The notes under the pieces were generated by a model. It ran no database searches. It worked only from the letters and a program-made list of their open reading frames with translations, and had not been told where the DNA came from. A DNA stretch of 58,720 nucleotides, taken from assembly GCA_964611515.1 (NCBI GenBank), contig CAZTAH010000001.1:1-58720 (forward strand), given 5' to 3'. The stretch's first letter is position 1. Each line of letters opens with the position of its first letter. Positions 44,879 through 53,363 of this stretch are shown here, piece by piece. This DNA is from an uncultured Candidatus Saccharibacteria bacterium. Its GTDB lineage: Bacteria > Patescibacteriota > Minisyncoccia > Phycocordibacterales > UBA9973. The position numbers were made by a program, and so were the translations under genes.

Positions 44879-46345
44879 TTATTCCACTAAATCAAAATCA
44901 TTTATATCAATTTTTCCTTCTGAGTCCTTTTTCTTCAATAAGAACACACTGGTAATTCCTAGAAAAATAATTACCCCCAGTCCAACTATTGGATAAATTA
45001 TTTTTGTTTTTTCTGCATCTCCCACACTAGCGCTTAATAAATTTAGATTTATCGGACCCTCTTCTTCAAAAAGATTAAGATTCTCAAGAATACTTTCTCC
45101 TTCATCAAGAACCTCCAAGGGCTCACTTCCTTCTTCTTTGTTTTCTATTATTTTTTCTACAACTAAATCTTCTATTTTTGTTTTTGGGGTTATTTGCACA
45201 GTAGGTACCGTCGTTTTTAATTCAACAGAATTAGCAAGAGAGATGTATGATGAGTTAATAGCAAAATTTGGGCTAGAAATTACTATTTTTGACAAATCTT
45301 GTCCTGTAAAGTTAGTGATTTTAGGAGAAATTTTAATTTTATTATTAGCAGAAATAATCATTCCGTCTGGTAGTGTAAAACTTCTACTCCCTCCCCTTAT
45401 GGTCCAACCAGACAAAGAAACATCATGATTTGTTCTATTCTCTATTTCTACATAAGGATCTTGTTGGTCGCCAACAGAACTAATGACAATTTCAGCGGGA
45501 ATCACCTTAATTTTAAGCGTTACACTTGAATCTGGTAGTTCTATGAATAAATTATTGTAATACGATAAAGACAACAGATAATCACCTGGGTACTCATAAG
45601 TATACTCAAATGGCTTATTGTCTTTTAGAACAAAAGAGCGACCATCTCCAAAATTCCAAACAAACTTACCAACATAATATGTTCCTCCTTTATTAGAAAC
45701 TGTTTCTGATCCTAGGGTAAAAGGAACTCCTGCCATTATTGTTTTTGGAATAATAATCCTAGAGTTTATCTTTGCGAAACCAGCATCCTCTTTCTTTTTC
45801 TCACTCTCCTCTTCTTCCCACTCCTCCACCTCATCATTTACATCCTGAGTATTCGCTTTCCTTGGCGTCGGAACACCTATTATCCAACCTCCATTTGTCC
45901 TGTTGATACTCCTTCCCTCTGGAGGATTTGCTACTGAAGATCCTGGCACATCTCCCCAGGCTATAATATCTTCTATTTCCTGGCTAGAACTTTTTAATTG
46001 GATAGTATTAGACTCGGTTAAAGTCAAATTATCCATTATGATATCGGCTTGATTAAAATTAGTTCTAGAGATAACAAAAAAGCTATTGGGTGGTATGCTC
46101 TTGTTTTCAAAATAAGTCTTAGAAACAAGAGATCCAAAGTTTTCTGCTGTAGCTGTTTTTCTTTGTATATACCAACCAGTCAAACTAACTGCATTTGGTC
46201 CAGAGTTGTATAATTCAATAAATCGCTCCTCTGTTGGTTTTATTTGAATCTCATTAATATAAACATCTGCCTCTGCTAAACTAGTAAAAAAGAGGGAAAA
46301 TAAAAAAAACAAAATACCTCCCAATAAAAACCTTATTGTTTTCAT
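44879..46345 (-). CDS. surface protein with two lamin-tail (LTD) domains, PKD-like module and C-terminal TM anchor
   Basis: Signal peptide. VYINEI......ERFIELYN.....SLTGW and DPYVEIEN.....VSLSGW motifs, plus WNFGDG. Confidence 0.65.
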   Translation of the reverse strand: MKTIRFLLGGILFFLFSLFFTSLAEADVYINEIQIKPTEERFIELYNSGPNAVSLTGWYIQRKTATAENFGSLVSKTYFENKSIPPNSFFVISRTNFNQADIIMDNLTLTESNTIQLKSSSQEIEDIIAWGDVPGSSVANPPEGRSINRTNGGWIIGVPTPRKANTQDVNDEVEEWEEEESEKKKEDAGFAKINSRIIIPKTIMAGVPFTLGSETVSNKGGTYYVGKFVWNFGDGRSFVLKDNKPFEYTYEYPGDYLLSLSYYNNLFIELPDSSVTLKIKVIPAEIVISSVGDQQDPYVEIENRTNHDVSLSGWTIRGGSRSFTLPDGMIISANNKIKISPKITNFTGQDLSKIVISSPNFAINSSYISLANSVELKTTVPTVQITPKTKIEDLVVEKIIENKEEGSEPLEVLDEGESILENLNLFEEEGPINLNLLSASVGDAEKTKIIYPIVGLGVIIFLGITSVFLLKKKDSEGKIDINDFDLVE

Positions 46346-46350
46346 TTGTC

Positions 46351-48411
46351 TTATTCTAAAATTTTACGCAAAACTTCCTCTGGGACCTCCCTTTTGGCTC
46401 TAGGTTTTTGCCAAGAGGCATCTGTTTCTTTCTTAGAATTATTATTAATAATATTAATATCTTCTTTTTCCGCTTTCTTTAGAGAACTACCAGGGGTGCT
46501 ATCTGTCTTTTGGCTATTTGGTAAAATCTTGTCTTTTGAGACGATATCTGGTTCTTTTTTTTCTGTTTCCCTTTCCTTCTTGGGTCCTGATTTCTCTCTG
46601 TCTCTGCTTGGAGCTTTCCCGTAAATAATTCCTGATCTAGCGATACTGTTAAGCAAGTCGCCCCTACTCTCTTCGCTAATCTCTTTAGTCGGCCTATCAT
46701 CTTTATTTTTTTTCTTTGTCCCACTCTTTAGCTCACTCAAAGATATAGCTTCTGTTTGTTTTTTTGCTTTAACTTTTTTTACCTCTTTGATAGTTCCCTT
46801 TTCTTCTTCTTCTTTTATTTTTTCTAATAATTCTTTTAGCCCTAATTTCTCTGGTGTCCTTGGCGAACTACTTGATTCTTTATTATTCTCCGTATACTTA
46901 ACTGTTTTTTCTCTTTCTATTTTTTTCTGACTAGCAGAAGAAGCATTTCTTTTGTCTGGCGTACTTATTTTTCCTTCTCTTGCTTTAGCTAGACAGTCCT
47001 GACAGTAGACAGGGCGACCTTTTTCTGGTTTAAAGGGAACAAAAAATGGCTTATTGCAATTTGTGCACTCTGCCTTATGTTTTTTTTCTTGCTTAGAGAC
47101 CTGCAGGGTATTACTCCATTCATCTATCTCTCTTTCTACATCCTCTCTTCTTTTTGTATAAAGCTCTCTAGAGCACTCTATAATTCTATCCTTAATTCCT
47201 TTAGTAGGGTCTACTTTCATTGGGGGTAAGGTTATAGCAGAAAAAGGACGACTAGTGACTCCGTCTATCATTAATTTTAAGTAGATATGGTAATTTGGTA
47301 AATTAACTAAATCCTGAGCAGTAAATTCTGGACTAAATTCTTTTTCTAGAAAGTCTGCGTCATCAGCTCCTACTCTAAAAATTATCATTGTCCCAACGTT
47401 GCCAAAAACTGCATCTTTCACCTTGTTGTTTTCAGCATTAGTTAATTGAGCGGTATATTGATGAGCTACAATTAAGTTCAGCCTGTATTTTCTTGCTTCT
47501 GATAAAATATCAGCAAAAGAATCAGTGGCAAAGTTTTGAAATTCATCCACATATAAATAAAAATCTCTCCTTCTGTCTTCTGGTATTCTTACTCTTTCCA
47601 TGGCTGCTAATTGTATTTTGGTAATTATCATTCCACCCAAAAGAGCAGAGTTATCCTCCCCTATTCTTCCCTTTGCGACATTAACCAGAAATATCTTTCC
47701 CTCATTCATAATGTCAAAAACATTTATAGTGGACTCAGCTTGGCCTACCACATTTCTGATGATTGAAGAAGATAAAAATTGTCCTACCTTGTTTTGAATT
47801 GGGGCAATTGCTTCATTTCTAAACTGGTCTCTCCATTGCTCATATTCATTGGTCCAAAAAGATTTAACGACTGGGTCCTTTAGATTACTAATAACCATTT
47901 GACGGTAATCTTTGTCTACTAGTAAGCGAGGAATTCCAAGAAGAGTAGAGTCTGGTGTGTCTAATAGGGCCAAGATGGTATTATTTAGAATATATTCCAT
48001 TCTAGCGCTCCAAGCATTAGCCCATATCTTAGTAAATATACCCATTAAACCAGAAGCAACTAAATGCTTGTGCTTGGGATCATTTATCTGTATTACATTA
48101 AATCCTATATGATGATCCCTGTCTGCTGGATTAAAATAAACAACATCTTTTGCCCTTTCTTCTGGGATAAAATTCAATATCTCTTCTACTAATTCTCCAT
48201 GTGGATCAACAACACAAACTCCTTCTCCGTTTTTTATATTTTGAATTATTAAATTAGACAATAGAACAGATTTACCTGTTCCTGATTTTCCCAATACATA
48301 CATATGCTGACGACGGTCTTTTCTCTTTATTCCAAAAACTGTATTAGAGTTACGAAAATCTGTTTTCGCAAAATAAGTGACTTCTTTATTTATAGGAATT
48401 TCATTATCCAT
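46351..48411 (-). CDS. TraD/VirD4-like (T4SS coupling protein family) P-loop ATPase with CxxC..CxxC zinc ribbon and long K/E/S-rich tail
   Basis: Walker A GKSGTGKS, Walker B YLYVDEFQ, ARKYRLNLIVAHQY. Zinc ribbon CTNCNKPFFVPFKPEKGRPVYCQDC. Confidence 0.7.
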   Translation of the reverse strand: MDNEIPINKEVTYFAKTDFRNSNTVFGIKRKDRRQHMYVLGKSGTGKSVLLSNLIIQNIKNGEGVCVVDPHGELVEEILNFIPEERAKDVVYFNPADRDHHIGFNVIQINDPKHKHLVASGLMGIFTKIWANAWSARMEYILNNTILALLDTPDSTLLGIPRLLVDKDYRQMVISNLKDPVVKSFWTNEYEQWRDQFRNEAIAPIQNKVGQFLSSSIIRNVVGQAESTINVFDIMNEGKIFLVNVAKGRIGEDNSALLGGMIITKIQLAAMERVRIPEDRRRDFYLYVDEFQNFATDSFADILSEARKYRLNLIVAHQYTAQLTNAENNKVKDAVFGNVGTMIIFRVGADDADFLEKEFSPEFTAQDLVNLPNYHIYLKLMIDGVTSRPFSAITLPPMKVDPTKGIKDRIIECSRELYTKRREDVEREIDEWSNTLQVSKQEKKHKAECTNCNKPFFVPFKPEKGRPVYCQDCLAKAREGKISTPDKRNASSASQKKIEREKTVKYTENNKESSSSPRTPEKLGLKELLEKIKEEEEKGTIKEVKKVKAKKQTEAISLSELKSGTKKKNKDDRPTKEISEESRGDLLNSIARSGIIYGKAPSRDREKSGPKKERETEKKEPDIVSKDKILPNSQKTDSTPGSSLKKAEKEDINIINNNSKKETDASWQKPRAKREVPEEVLRKILE

Positions 48412-48551
48412 AATCTGTTTCTATTATACATCTTTCAAGTTAAATATAAAAATAAGAAATATATTTATATCTCGTTTTCTTGTAAAAAACAGAAAAATGA
48501 GTTAATATAATTAGGATCATTTGAAATTATTTCAAATTATTTTTAAATTCT

Positions 48552-48624
48552 GGGCCCTTAGCTTAGTTGGTAGAGCGCCTCATTTGCAATGAGGAGGTCA
48601 TCGGTTCAAATCCGATAGGGTCCA
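48552..48624 (+). tRNA. tRNA-Ala(TGC)
   Basis: Acceptor GGGCCCT/AGGGTCC with G3:U70. Anticodon arm CCTCA-TTTGCAA-TGAGG. Confidence 0.9.
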
Positions 48625-48637
48625 CTAGAAAACATTA

Positions 48638-48660
48638 AATAGCACATAAGTGCTATTTTT
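48638..48660 (+). terminator. terminator after tRNA-Ala(TGC)
   Basis: AATAGCAC ataa GTGCTATT followed by a T run. Confidence 0.7.
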
Positions 48661-48686
48661 AATTTTAGAAAACATAAATTCTTCTC

Positions 48687-48715
48687 TTGACAGAAACTAT
48701 TTTATATACTATAAT
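48687..48715 (+). promoter_or_regulatory. consensus sigma70 promoter TTGACA-17-TATAAT
   Basis: Exact consensus hexamers with a 17-nt spacer. Confidence 0.65.
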
Positions 48716-48779
48716 TAAAGAGAGTCAGGAGAAAACCGAAAATCCTAAAAAGAGTAGGTGCTATTTAAAAAAACAAGAG

Positions 48780-49013
48780 ATGGCAGATGGATTTGTTAAA
48801 AACTTCAGATCCGGTGTAAGATTTACTGAAAGATTTTTTAAAAATCTTAAGATACAGACAAAGTGTATTATTAAAACCAGTAAACAAATATATACCTGGA
48901 TGAAAACAAGAAAATCAAACCCGCTGCCTATTTTTTGTGGCCTAGTTGTTTTCTTGTTTATTTGTATAGCTATTATACCAATTATATTTTGGGTAATAGT
49001 TAAATCAATATAA
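48780..49013 (+). CDS. hypothetical protein with C-terminal TM segment
   Basis: 77 aa from the ATG. The track's TTG start at 48687 is the -35 box of the promoter. Confidence 0.35.
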   Translation: MADGFVKNFRSGVRFTERFFKNLKIQTKCIIKTSKQIYTWMKTRKSNPLPIFCGLVVFLFICIAIIPIIFWVIVKSI

Positions 49014-49070
49014 CATTAGGAGAAAGCCGAAAATCCTTAAAAGAGTAGGCAAAATTAAAAATTTAAAAAA

Positions 49071-49277
49071 ATGGAAAAAATCCATGAACTCGCCTTCAAG
49101 GCGCTCCTTGAAAAATTTAGGGAGGATGGTCTGTGGCTCAGGCCTAAGACTATCAAAAGAGACCTTCACAACTTCTCAAAGAAGTTAGGAGTGGAACCAT
49201 CCCAAGCAAAGGAGTTGTTCCGGGAGATTATTCAAACTCTTCATTGTGAAGTAATGAGGGAAATTGAAGGTGTCTAG
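49071..49277 (+). CDS. hypothetical small helical protein
   Basis: 68-aa ORF preceded by the same 32-nt leader motif as the previous ORF. Confidence 0.35.
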   Translation: MEKIHELAFKALLEKFREDGLWLRPKTIKRDLHNFSKKLGVEPSQAKELFREIIQTLHCEVMREIEGV

Positions 49278-49376
49278 GTGGCAGGGTTGAGTTTAAAAAA
49301 ACTCAGTAAAAGGGTAATTCCGATTTCAGTATTTTAAGAAATCCGAGAACAAGAACCTATCCCCCCACAATTTGCA

Positions 49377-49402
49377 AGCCCCATCCCCTGTGGGGCTTTT
49401 TT
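49377..49402 (+). terminator. rho-independent terminator
   Basis: AGCCCCA tcccctg TGGGGCT followed by T6. Confidence 0.75.
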
Positions 49403-49453
49403 ATTTCCTAATAATCCTGGAAGATTAATTAAATAAAATAGGACAAAAATATC

Positions 49454-49525
49454 AGGCCATCAGCTCAATTTGGTAAAATATTCCCACGACATGGAAGAAA
49501 CGGACTGCTCAAGATCCGGTATAAT
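49454..49525 (+). pseudogene. decayed tRNA-Ala-like pseudo-tRNA
   Basis: Aligns with tRNA-Ala(GGC) at 50156 and about 35 nt of its upstream flank (roughly three quarters identical by eye). Acceptor, anticodon and T stems are disrupted. Confidence 0.55.
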
Positions 49526-49632
49526 TAACAATTTTATAAATAAATAAACCCCTATCATGACTAATAGGGGCCTTGTTTTCTCTTGGCAACGCCAATCCCT
49601 GAAGAGAAGTCAGGGTATGAATGTAGTTACAA

Positions 49633-49953
49633 CTAGCAAACCTTGATTAACGGATGATACCCAGATTCCTTGATGCCCATAATTTTTCTTTCCGTCTTGG
49701 TCAGAGTTTTCCTTACTGTGTCCATCGGCTTTATGGGTTTTCCATTAAAAATCCTTGTAGAGACAAGAAACCTCCTTTTGTCTATGCTTATTTCTTCTAT
49801 AACAGAAGAAACTTTGTCTATGCTTATTACCCTGAAGTAATAATCAGGAAGATCTTTAGAGTCAAAGATAACTGTTTCATTTTTTTTGAATATTCCAACT
49901 AAATATCCACTTAAAAGGGAAATAAAAGTTACAACTAAAATTACAAAAATCAT
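49633..49953 (-). CDS. hypothetical membrane-anchored protein
   Basis: 106 aa with an N-terminal TM segment; no recognisable family. Confidence 0.35.
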   Translation of the reverse strand: MIFVILVVTFISLLSGYLVGIFKKNETVIFDSKDLPDYYFRVISIDKVSSVIEEISIDKRRFLVSTRIFNGKPIKPMDTVRKTLTKTERKIMGIKESGYHPLIKVC

Positions 49954-50155
49954 AGTGCATAATTTTTTAGAAACAATAACAGGTCTGGCAAAGATTTAAA
50001 AAAATATTTACTTTTCTTGTAACTGTCTCTGGGTTAGAAAATAGGAATTCAAGTATGACCTTATCATGCTTTTTTAATTATATCAAGGAGCTATTAATAA
50101 TCAGTAATCGGGCTATAGTTGGCAAGATTAATTAAATAAGATAGAATAAAAATAT

Positions 50156-50228
50156 TGGGCCATTAGCTCATTTGGTAGAGCGTTCCCATGGCATGGGAGA
50201 GGCGACCGGTTCAAATCCGGTATGGTCC
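50156..50228 (+). tRNA. tRNA-Ala(GGC)
   Basis: Acceptor GGGCCAT/ATGGTCC with G3:U70. Anticodon arm TTCCC-ATGGCAT-GGGAG. T arm ACCGG-TTCAAAT-CCGGT. Confidence 0.9.
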
Positions 50229-50342
50229 ACAATTATTCCTTGATTTATTTAGGAAAAGATCTAAAATACAAATGTAAAAGAAAAACCATCTTTTGTTGTG
50301 TTTATTAATAATTAGTTTAGGTAGACATAAAATTTAAAAAAC

Positions 50343-50891
50343 ATGAAAAACATCACATTTATAACAGGCAATCAAAACAAAGCTGATTATCTCGCAAGAT
50401 ATTTGGGTTACTCAGTTGATCATATAAAACTTGATCTAGATGAAATACAATCTCTTGATCTGAAAGAAATTGTTGAACATAAGGTTCGTCAGGCACACGA
50501 AAAGATAAACAAACCAGTGATAGTCGAAGATGTCTCTTTAGAATTTAAAGCACTTGGTGGATTACCTGGACCATTTATTAAATTTTTTATTGAGAACACT
50601 CCCCTTAAAACAATTTGTTCAATGATTGATGACAAGAACAGAGAGGCTACAGCTCGTTGTGTTTTTGGATTTTTTGATGGAAAAAACTTAGAGTTATTTG
50701 AAGGAGAATTATCAGGAGAAATAGCAAAAGAACCCTCAGGAGACAGGGGTTACGGCTGGGACAAAATATTTATCCCACAAGGATATTCCAAGACCCGTGC
50801 CTCATTAAGTGAAGAAGATGATAAAAAAACCTACTTGAAAATTAAGCCATTTCAAAAACTAAAAGAATTTTTAGAAAAACAAGAAAATTAA
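50343..50891 (+). CDS. rdgB: non-canonical purine NTP pyrophosphatase (HAM1/RdgB family)
   Basis: Has ITFITGN..K, EDVSLEF.AL.G.PG and GYGWD.IF. Confidence 0.9.
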   Translation: MKNITFITGNQNKADYLARYLGYSVDHIKLDLDEIQSLDLKEIVEHKVRQAHEKINKPVIVEDVSLEFKALGGLPGPFIKFFIENTPLKTICSMIDDKNREATARCVFGFFDGKNLELFEGELSGEIAKEPSGDRGYGWDKIFIPQGYSKTRASLSEEDDKKTYLKIKPFQKLKEFLEKQEN

Positions 50892-50933
50892 AAAATCTTA
50901 TTTTTAAATAATTACAATATTCTCTTGGATTTT

Positions 50934-51962
50934 TTATCTTTTTATGACTACTGAATCTAGGGAGTGTAATAAAAATTCTTCCATGTTAGAACCAACAGCT
51001 TCTAAGGATTTATCCAGAATACCATTTTCTCTATAGTCTGGAATAGAATTAATTTCTATAATATAAATATCCTTTTTAGTCACGATAAAATCAATTTTGG
51101 AATAGTAACGGAGGCCAAGATCTTCATGAGTTAACTCTGCCACTTTTTCTATTTGACGACTTAATTCTGGCTTAAAATTTCCTGGGCAAATAATTTTCAT
51201 TTCTTCAGAGTTTTTTAACTCATTATCACAAAAAGCTCTTCCTTCTGGAATAATTATCTCAACTGGAAGAAAAGTATAAACTTCTTTATTTCTAAAATTA
51301 TTTATAGTAATGATGGATCCTTCTTGTCCTTTTATAAACTCTTCTGCCAGCAAGCTTATCCCTTTATCAGCAGCTTCTATTAAGGAAAAAACAAGAGCCT
51401 CAAAAGAGTTATTCACTCTAACACCAAGAGAGGATCCACTAGTTAGAGGTTTAGTTATCCAAGGTGGTGAAAGTTTTGCCCAGATGTCCCTAGCTTTATT
51501 TAGGGCATATTCTCTCTTTTGCTCTTCTTCCTTACTTTCATTTTGACTAGAATCCAAGTCTTTAAAATAAGCAGGGAGTAGTGCATATCTAGGTGTTTTT
51601 ATATTAAGATGAACTAGGGCTTTTTTTGTGGTCCCCTTGTCGTAACTAAAAGCAGACACAGAAGAGCTAGATCCAATATGTGGGATATCTAACTTTTCTA
51701 ATATTTTTTGTATTTTTCCATCTTCTCCAAAATCACCATAAATAGTATTGATGGCAATATCTATTTTTCCCCTTAGTCTATCTGGCTTGATCTTTACCCC
51801 ATTTAGATACCACTTCTCCCCTTCTTCTATGAAGATATCTACAGGTTTGTATTTTTCTTTTAATTTAGAATTAGACAAGAGGGAGAGGATTCTTCCACCA
51901 CTCTCTAAGCTAGCTTGAGTTTGTTTATTCAAGATCCCTCTTATTACTCCAACTTTTATCAT
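50934..51962 (-). CDS. ddl: D-alanine--D-alanine ligase
   Basis: ATP-grasp fold (GEDG.IQ..LE...IP..GS, K....GSS.GV, E.N..P). Confidence 0.9.
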   Translation of the reverse strand: MIKVGVIRGILNKQTQASLESGGRILSLLSNSKLKEKYKPVDIFIEEGEKWYLNGVKIKPDRLRGKIDIAINTIYGDFGEDGKIQKILEKLDIPHIGSSSSVSAFSYDKGTTKKALVHLNIKTPRYALLPAYFKDLDSSQNESKEEEQKREYALNKARDIWAKLSPPWITKPLTSGSSLGVRVNNSFEALVFSLIEAADKGISLLAEEFIKGQEGSIITINNFRNKEVYTFLPVEIIIPEGRAFCDNELKNSEEMKIICPGNFKPELSRQIEKVAELTHEDLGLRYYSKIDFIVTKKDIYIIEINSIPDYRENGILDKSLEAVGSNMEEFLLHSLDSVVIKR

Positions 51963-51977
51963 CTATTTAAAATTAAA

Positions 51978-52829
51978 CTAGTAATCTCTGTTGTAATCTT
52001 TGTTATTTATGATTTCTACTTCAGGCATTCCTATGGAGTAAGGACCAACCTGATATTGAGCAAAGTATATTTTTATTCCATCTGGGGTAAAAGTAAATAC
52101 CTGAAAGTTTTTTTCTTCAGGTTTCGTTCCTTCATTTATAAATTCTTTCATGTTTTCAATATAAGCTTCTATGGCAGACGGATCAGAACCCTCAGCTTCC
52201 TCTGGGTTTATTACTGCATATTTCTCCATTAGCTCTTTTCTGCTCACCTTAGATATTCTATTTAAGAAATCTGAGTCATTATAAAAAACATCTGCTAATG
52301 AGACTTCTTTCTCGTTTTTTATATCATAGTTATATGATTTTTTAATTTGATATCCATGAGCACCTCCGGTATATGCCTGATAGGTTAAGATAAAACTTAT
52401 GTAGGAGGAGTTGCTCTGTATAACATCAAAATCTGAGGAAAAATAAAACCTGTCTTCGGGTTCTGGCACTTCTGGAATATTCTCATCTGGAAACTGATTT
52501 TCATACCTAGCTTTCCAGTTTTCCTTAGAAACTAACCTGTCCCCTTCCATTTGTTCTTTAAGATAATTCTCTATGGATAAATTAAAATCTAAATCTGCGT
52601 TTTCAAAATAAGGATATCTGGCATCAAAATTAATATAGGGGTCTTCTGTGTTCAACTCCCTCGTCTTATAAGAACCTTCTATTACCAGAGGTTCATTTTG
52701 CTCATATTTTATAAGATCTCTCTTTGTCGGAGGGTTTTGCTCTTTATTAAGAAAGAAAACAAGAATACCTATAATTAATGATAAAGTTAAGAAAACTGTG
52801 GCTAAAATTATGAGTTGATATCTTTTCAT
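51978..52829 (-). CDS. DUF3298/DUF4163 (RsiV/PdaC-like) domain protein
   Basis: TM anchor, the YQAYTGGAHGY hallmark, and a C-terminal QVGPY..G pattern. Confidence 0.7.
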   Translation of the reverse strand: MKRYQLIILATVFLTLSLIIGILVFFLNKEQNPPTKRDLIKYEQNEPLVIEGSYKTRELNTEDPYINFDARYPYFENADLDFNLSIENYLKEQMEGDRLVSKENWKARYENQFPDENIPEVPEPEDRFYFSSDFDVIQSNSSYISFILTYQAYTGGAHGYQIKKSYNYDIKNEKEVSLADVFYNDSDFLNRISKVSRKELMEKYAVINPEEAEGSDPSAIEAYIENMKEFINEGTKPEEKNFQVFTFTPDGIKIYFAQYQVGPYSIGMPEVEIINNKDYNRDY

Positions 52830-52932
52830 GTTTACATTATACCCCTATTTCAAATTTTTAGAAACACTTAATATACCTTGTCAAAGATCAAGATTTTTGT
52901 TTCTTGATTCTGCTGAGAAATTATTATTTTAA

Positions 52933-52941
52933 TGATATAAT
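52933..52941 (+). promoter_or_regulatory. extended -10 element TGATATAAT
   Basis: Lies 13 nt before ATG 52955. No good -35 box. Confidence 0.35.
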
Positions 52942-52954
52942 TAACTTATATAAA

Positions 52955-53242
52955 ATGGAAAAAATAAATATAAATAAATACGATAAAATAGAAAAAGCGT
53001 CAGAGTCTCTTAGGGATAGGATGGAGTCTCCTAGTAAGTCAGAAGAATTAAAAAGTCTAATAGAGAAAATAGAAAAACTGAAAGAGGATCTTAGAAAATA
53101 TGGTATCCATGGTGTGTCCTTAGAGAATGCTAGGCCTATTCCAGATCATCTGACTCCTCAGGAAAAGAAAGAGATCTTCAGAGTCCAAAGAGATCTACAA
53201 GAAGCAAAAGTTAGATTGGAATTCTTTAAAAAATGGAAATAA
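52955..53242 (+). CDS. hypothetical coiled-coil protein
   Basis: 95 aa from the ATG; the track's start at 52904 is TTG. Confidence 0.4.
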   Translation: MEKININKYDKIEKASESLRDRMESPSKSEELKSLIEKIEKLKEDLRKYGIHGVSLENARPIPDHLTPQEKKEIFRVQRDLQEAKVRLEFFKKWK

Positions 53243-53257
53243 AGCTAGAAAAAGATA

Positions 53258-53286
53258 TTGACGAAATAATCCTTCTCTAGTAAAAT
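53258..53286 (+). promoter_or_regulatory. promoter-like TTGACG-17-TAAAAT
   Basis: Lies after the stop of the previous CDS and about 45 nt before a terminator. Confidence 0.4.
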
Positions 53287-53332
53287 AAGTGTGGTTCAAA
53301 AAATATATATTGTTTATTTGTTTTCCATCCCA

Positions 53333-53363
53333 GCCAGGGCCCTGAACCATCCCTGGCTTTTTT
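53333..53363 (+). terminator. rho-independent terminator
   Basis: GCCAGGG (11-nt loop) CCCTGGC followed by T6. Confidence 0.7.

Noticed and set aside
46346-46724. ORFs 46346-46624(+) and 46479-46724(-) inside the tail region of the ATPase gene.
   Set aside because: They are shadow frames in low-complexity K/E/S-rich coding sequence of the 686-aa ORF.
48687-48779. N-terminal 31 codons of ORF 48687-49013 starting at TTG.
   Set aside because: The TTG is the first base of a perfect TTGACA -35 box with TATAAT 17 nt downstream. The CDS more likely starts at ATG 48780.
48630-50230. Calling the tRNA-Ala interval a prophage remnant or genomic island.
   Set aside because: No integrase, phage or transposase gene is present, and there is no clean att duplication of the tRNA 3' end. 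Only a decayed full-length pseudo-tRNA is present, so it is reported only as a variable islet.
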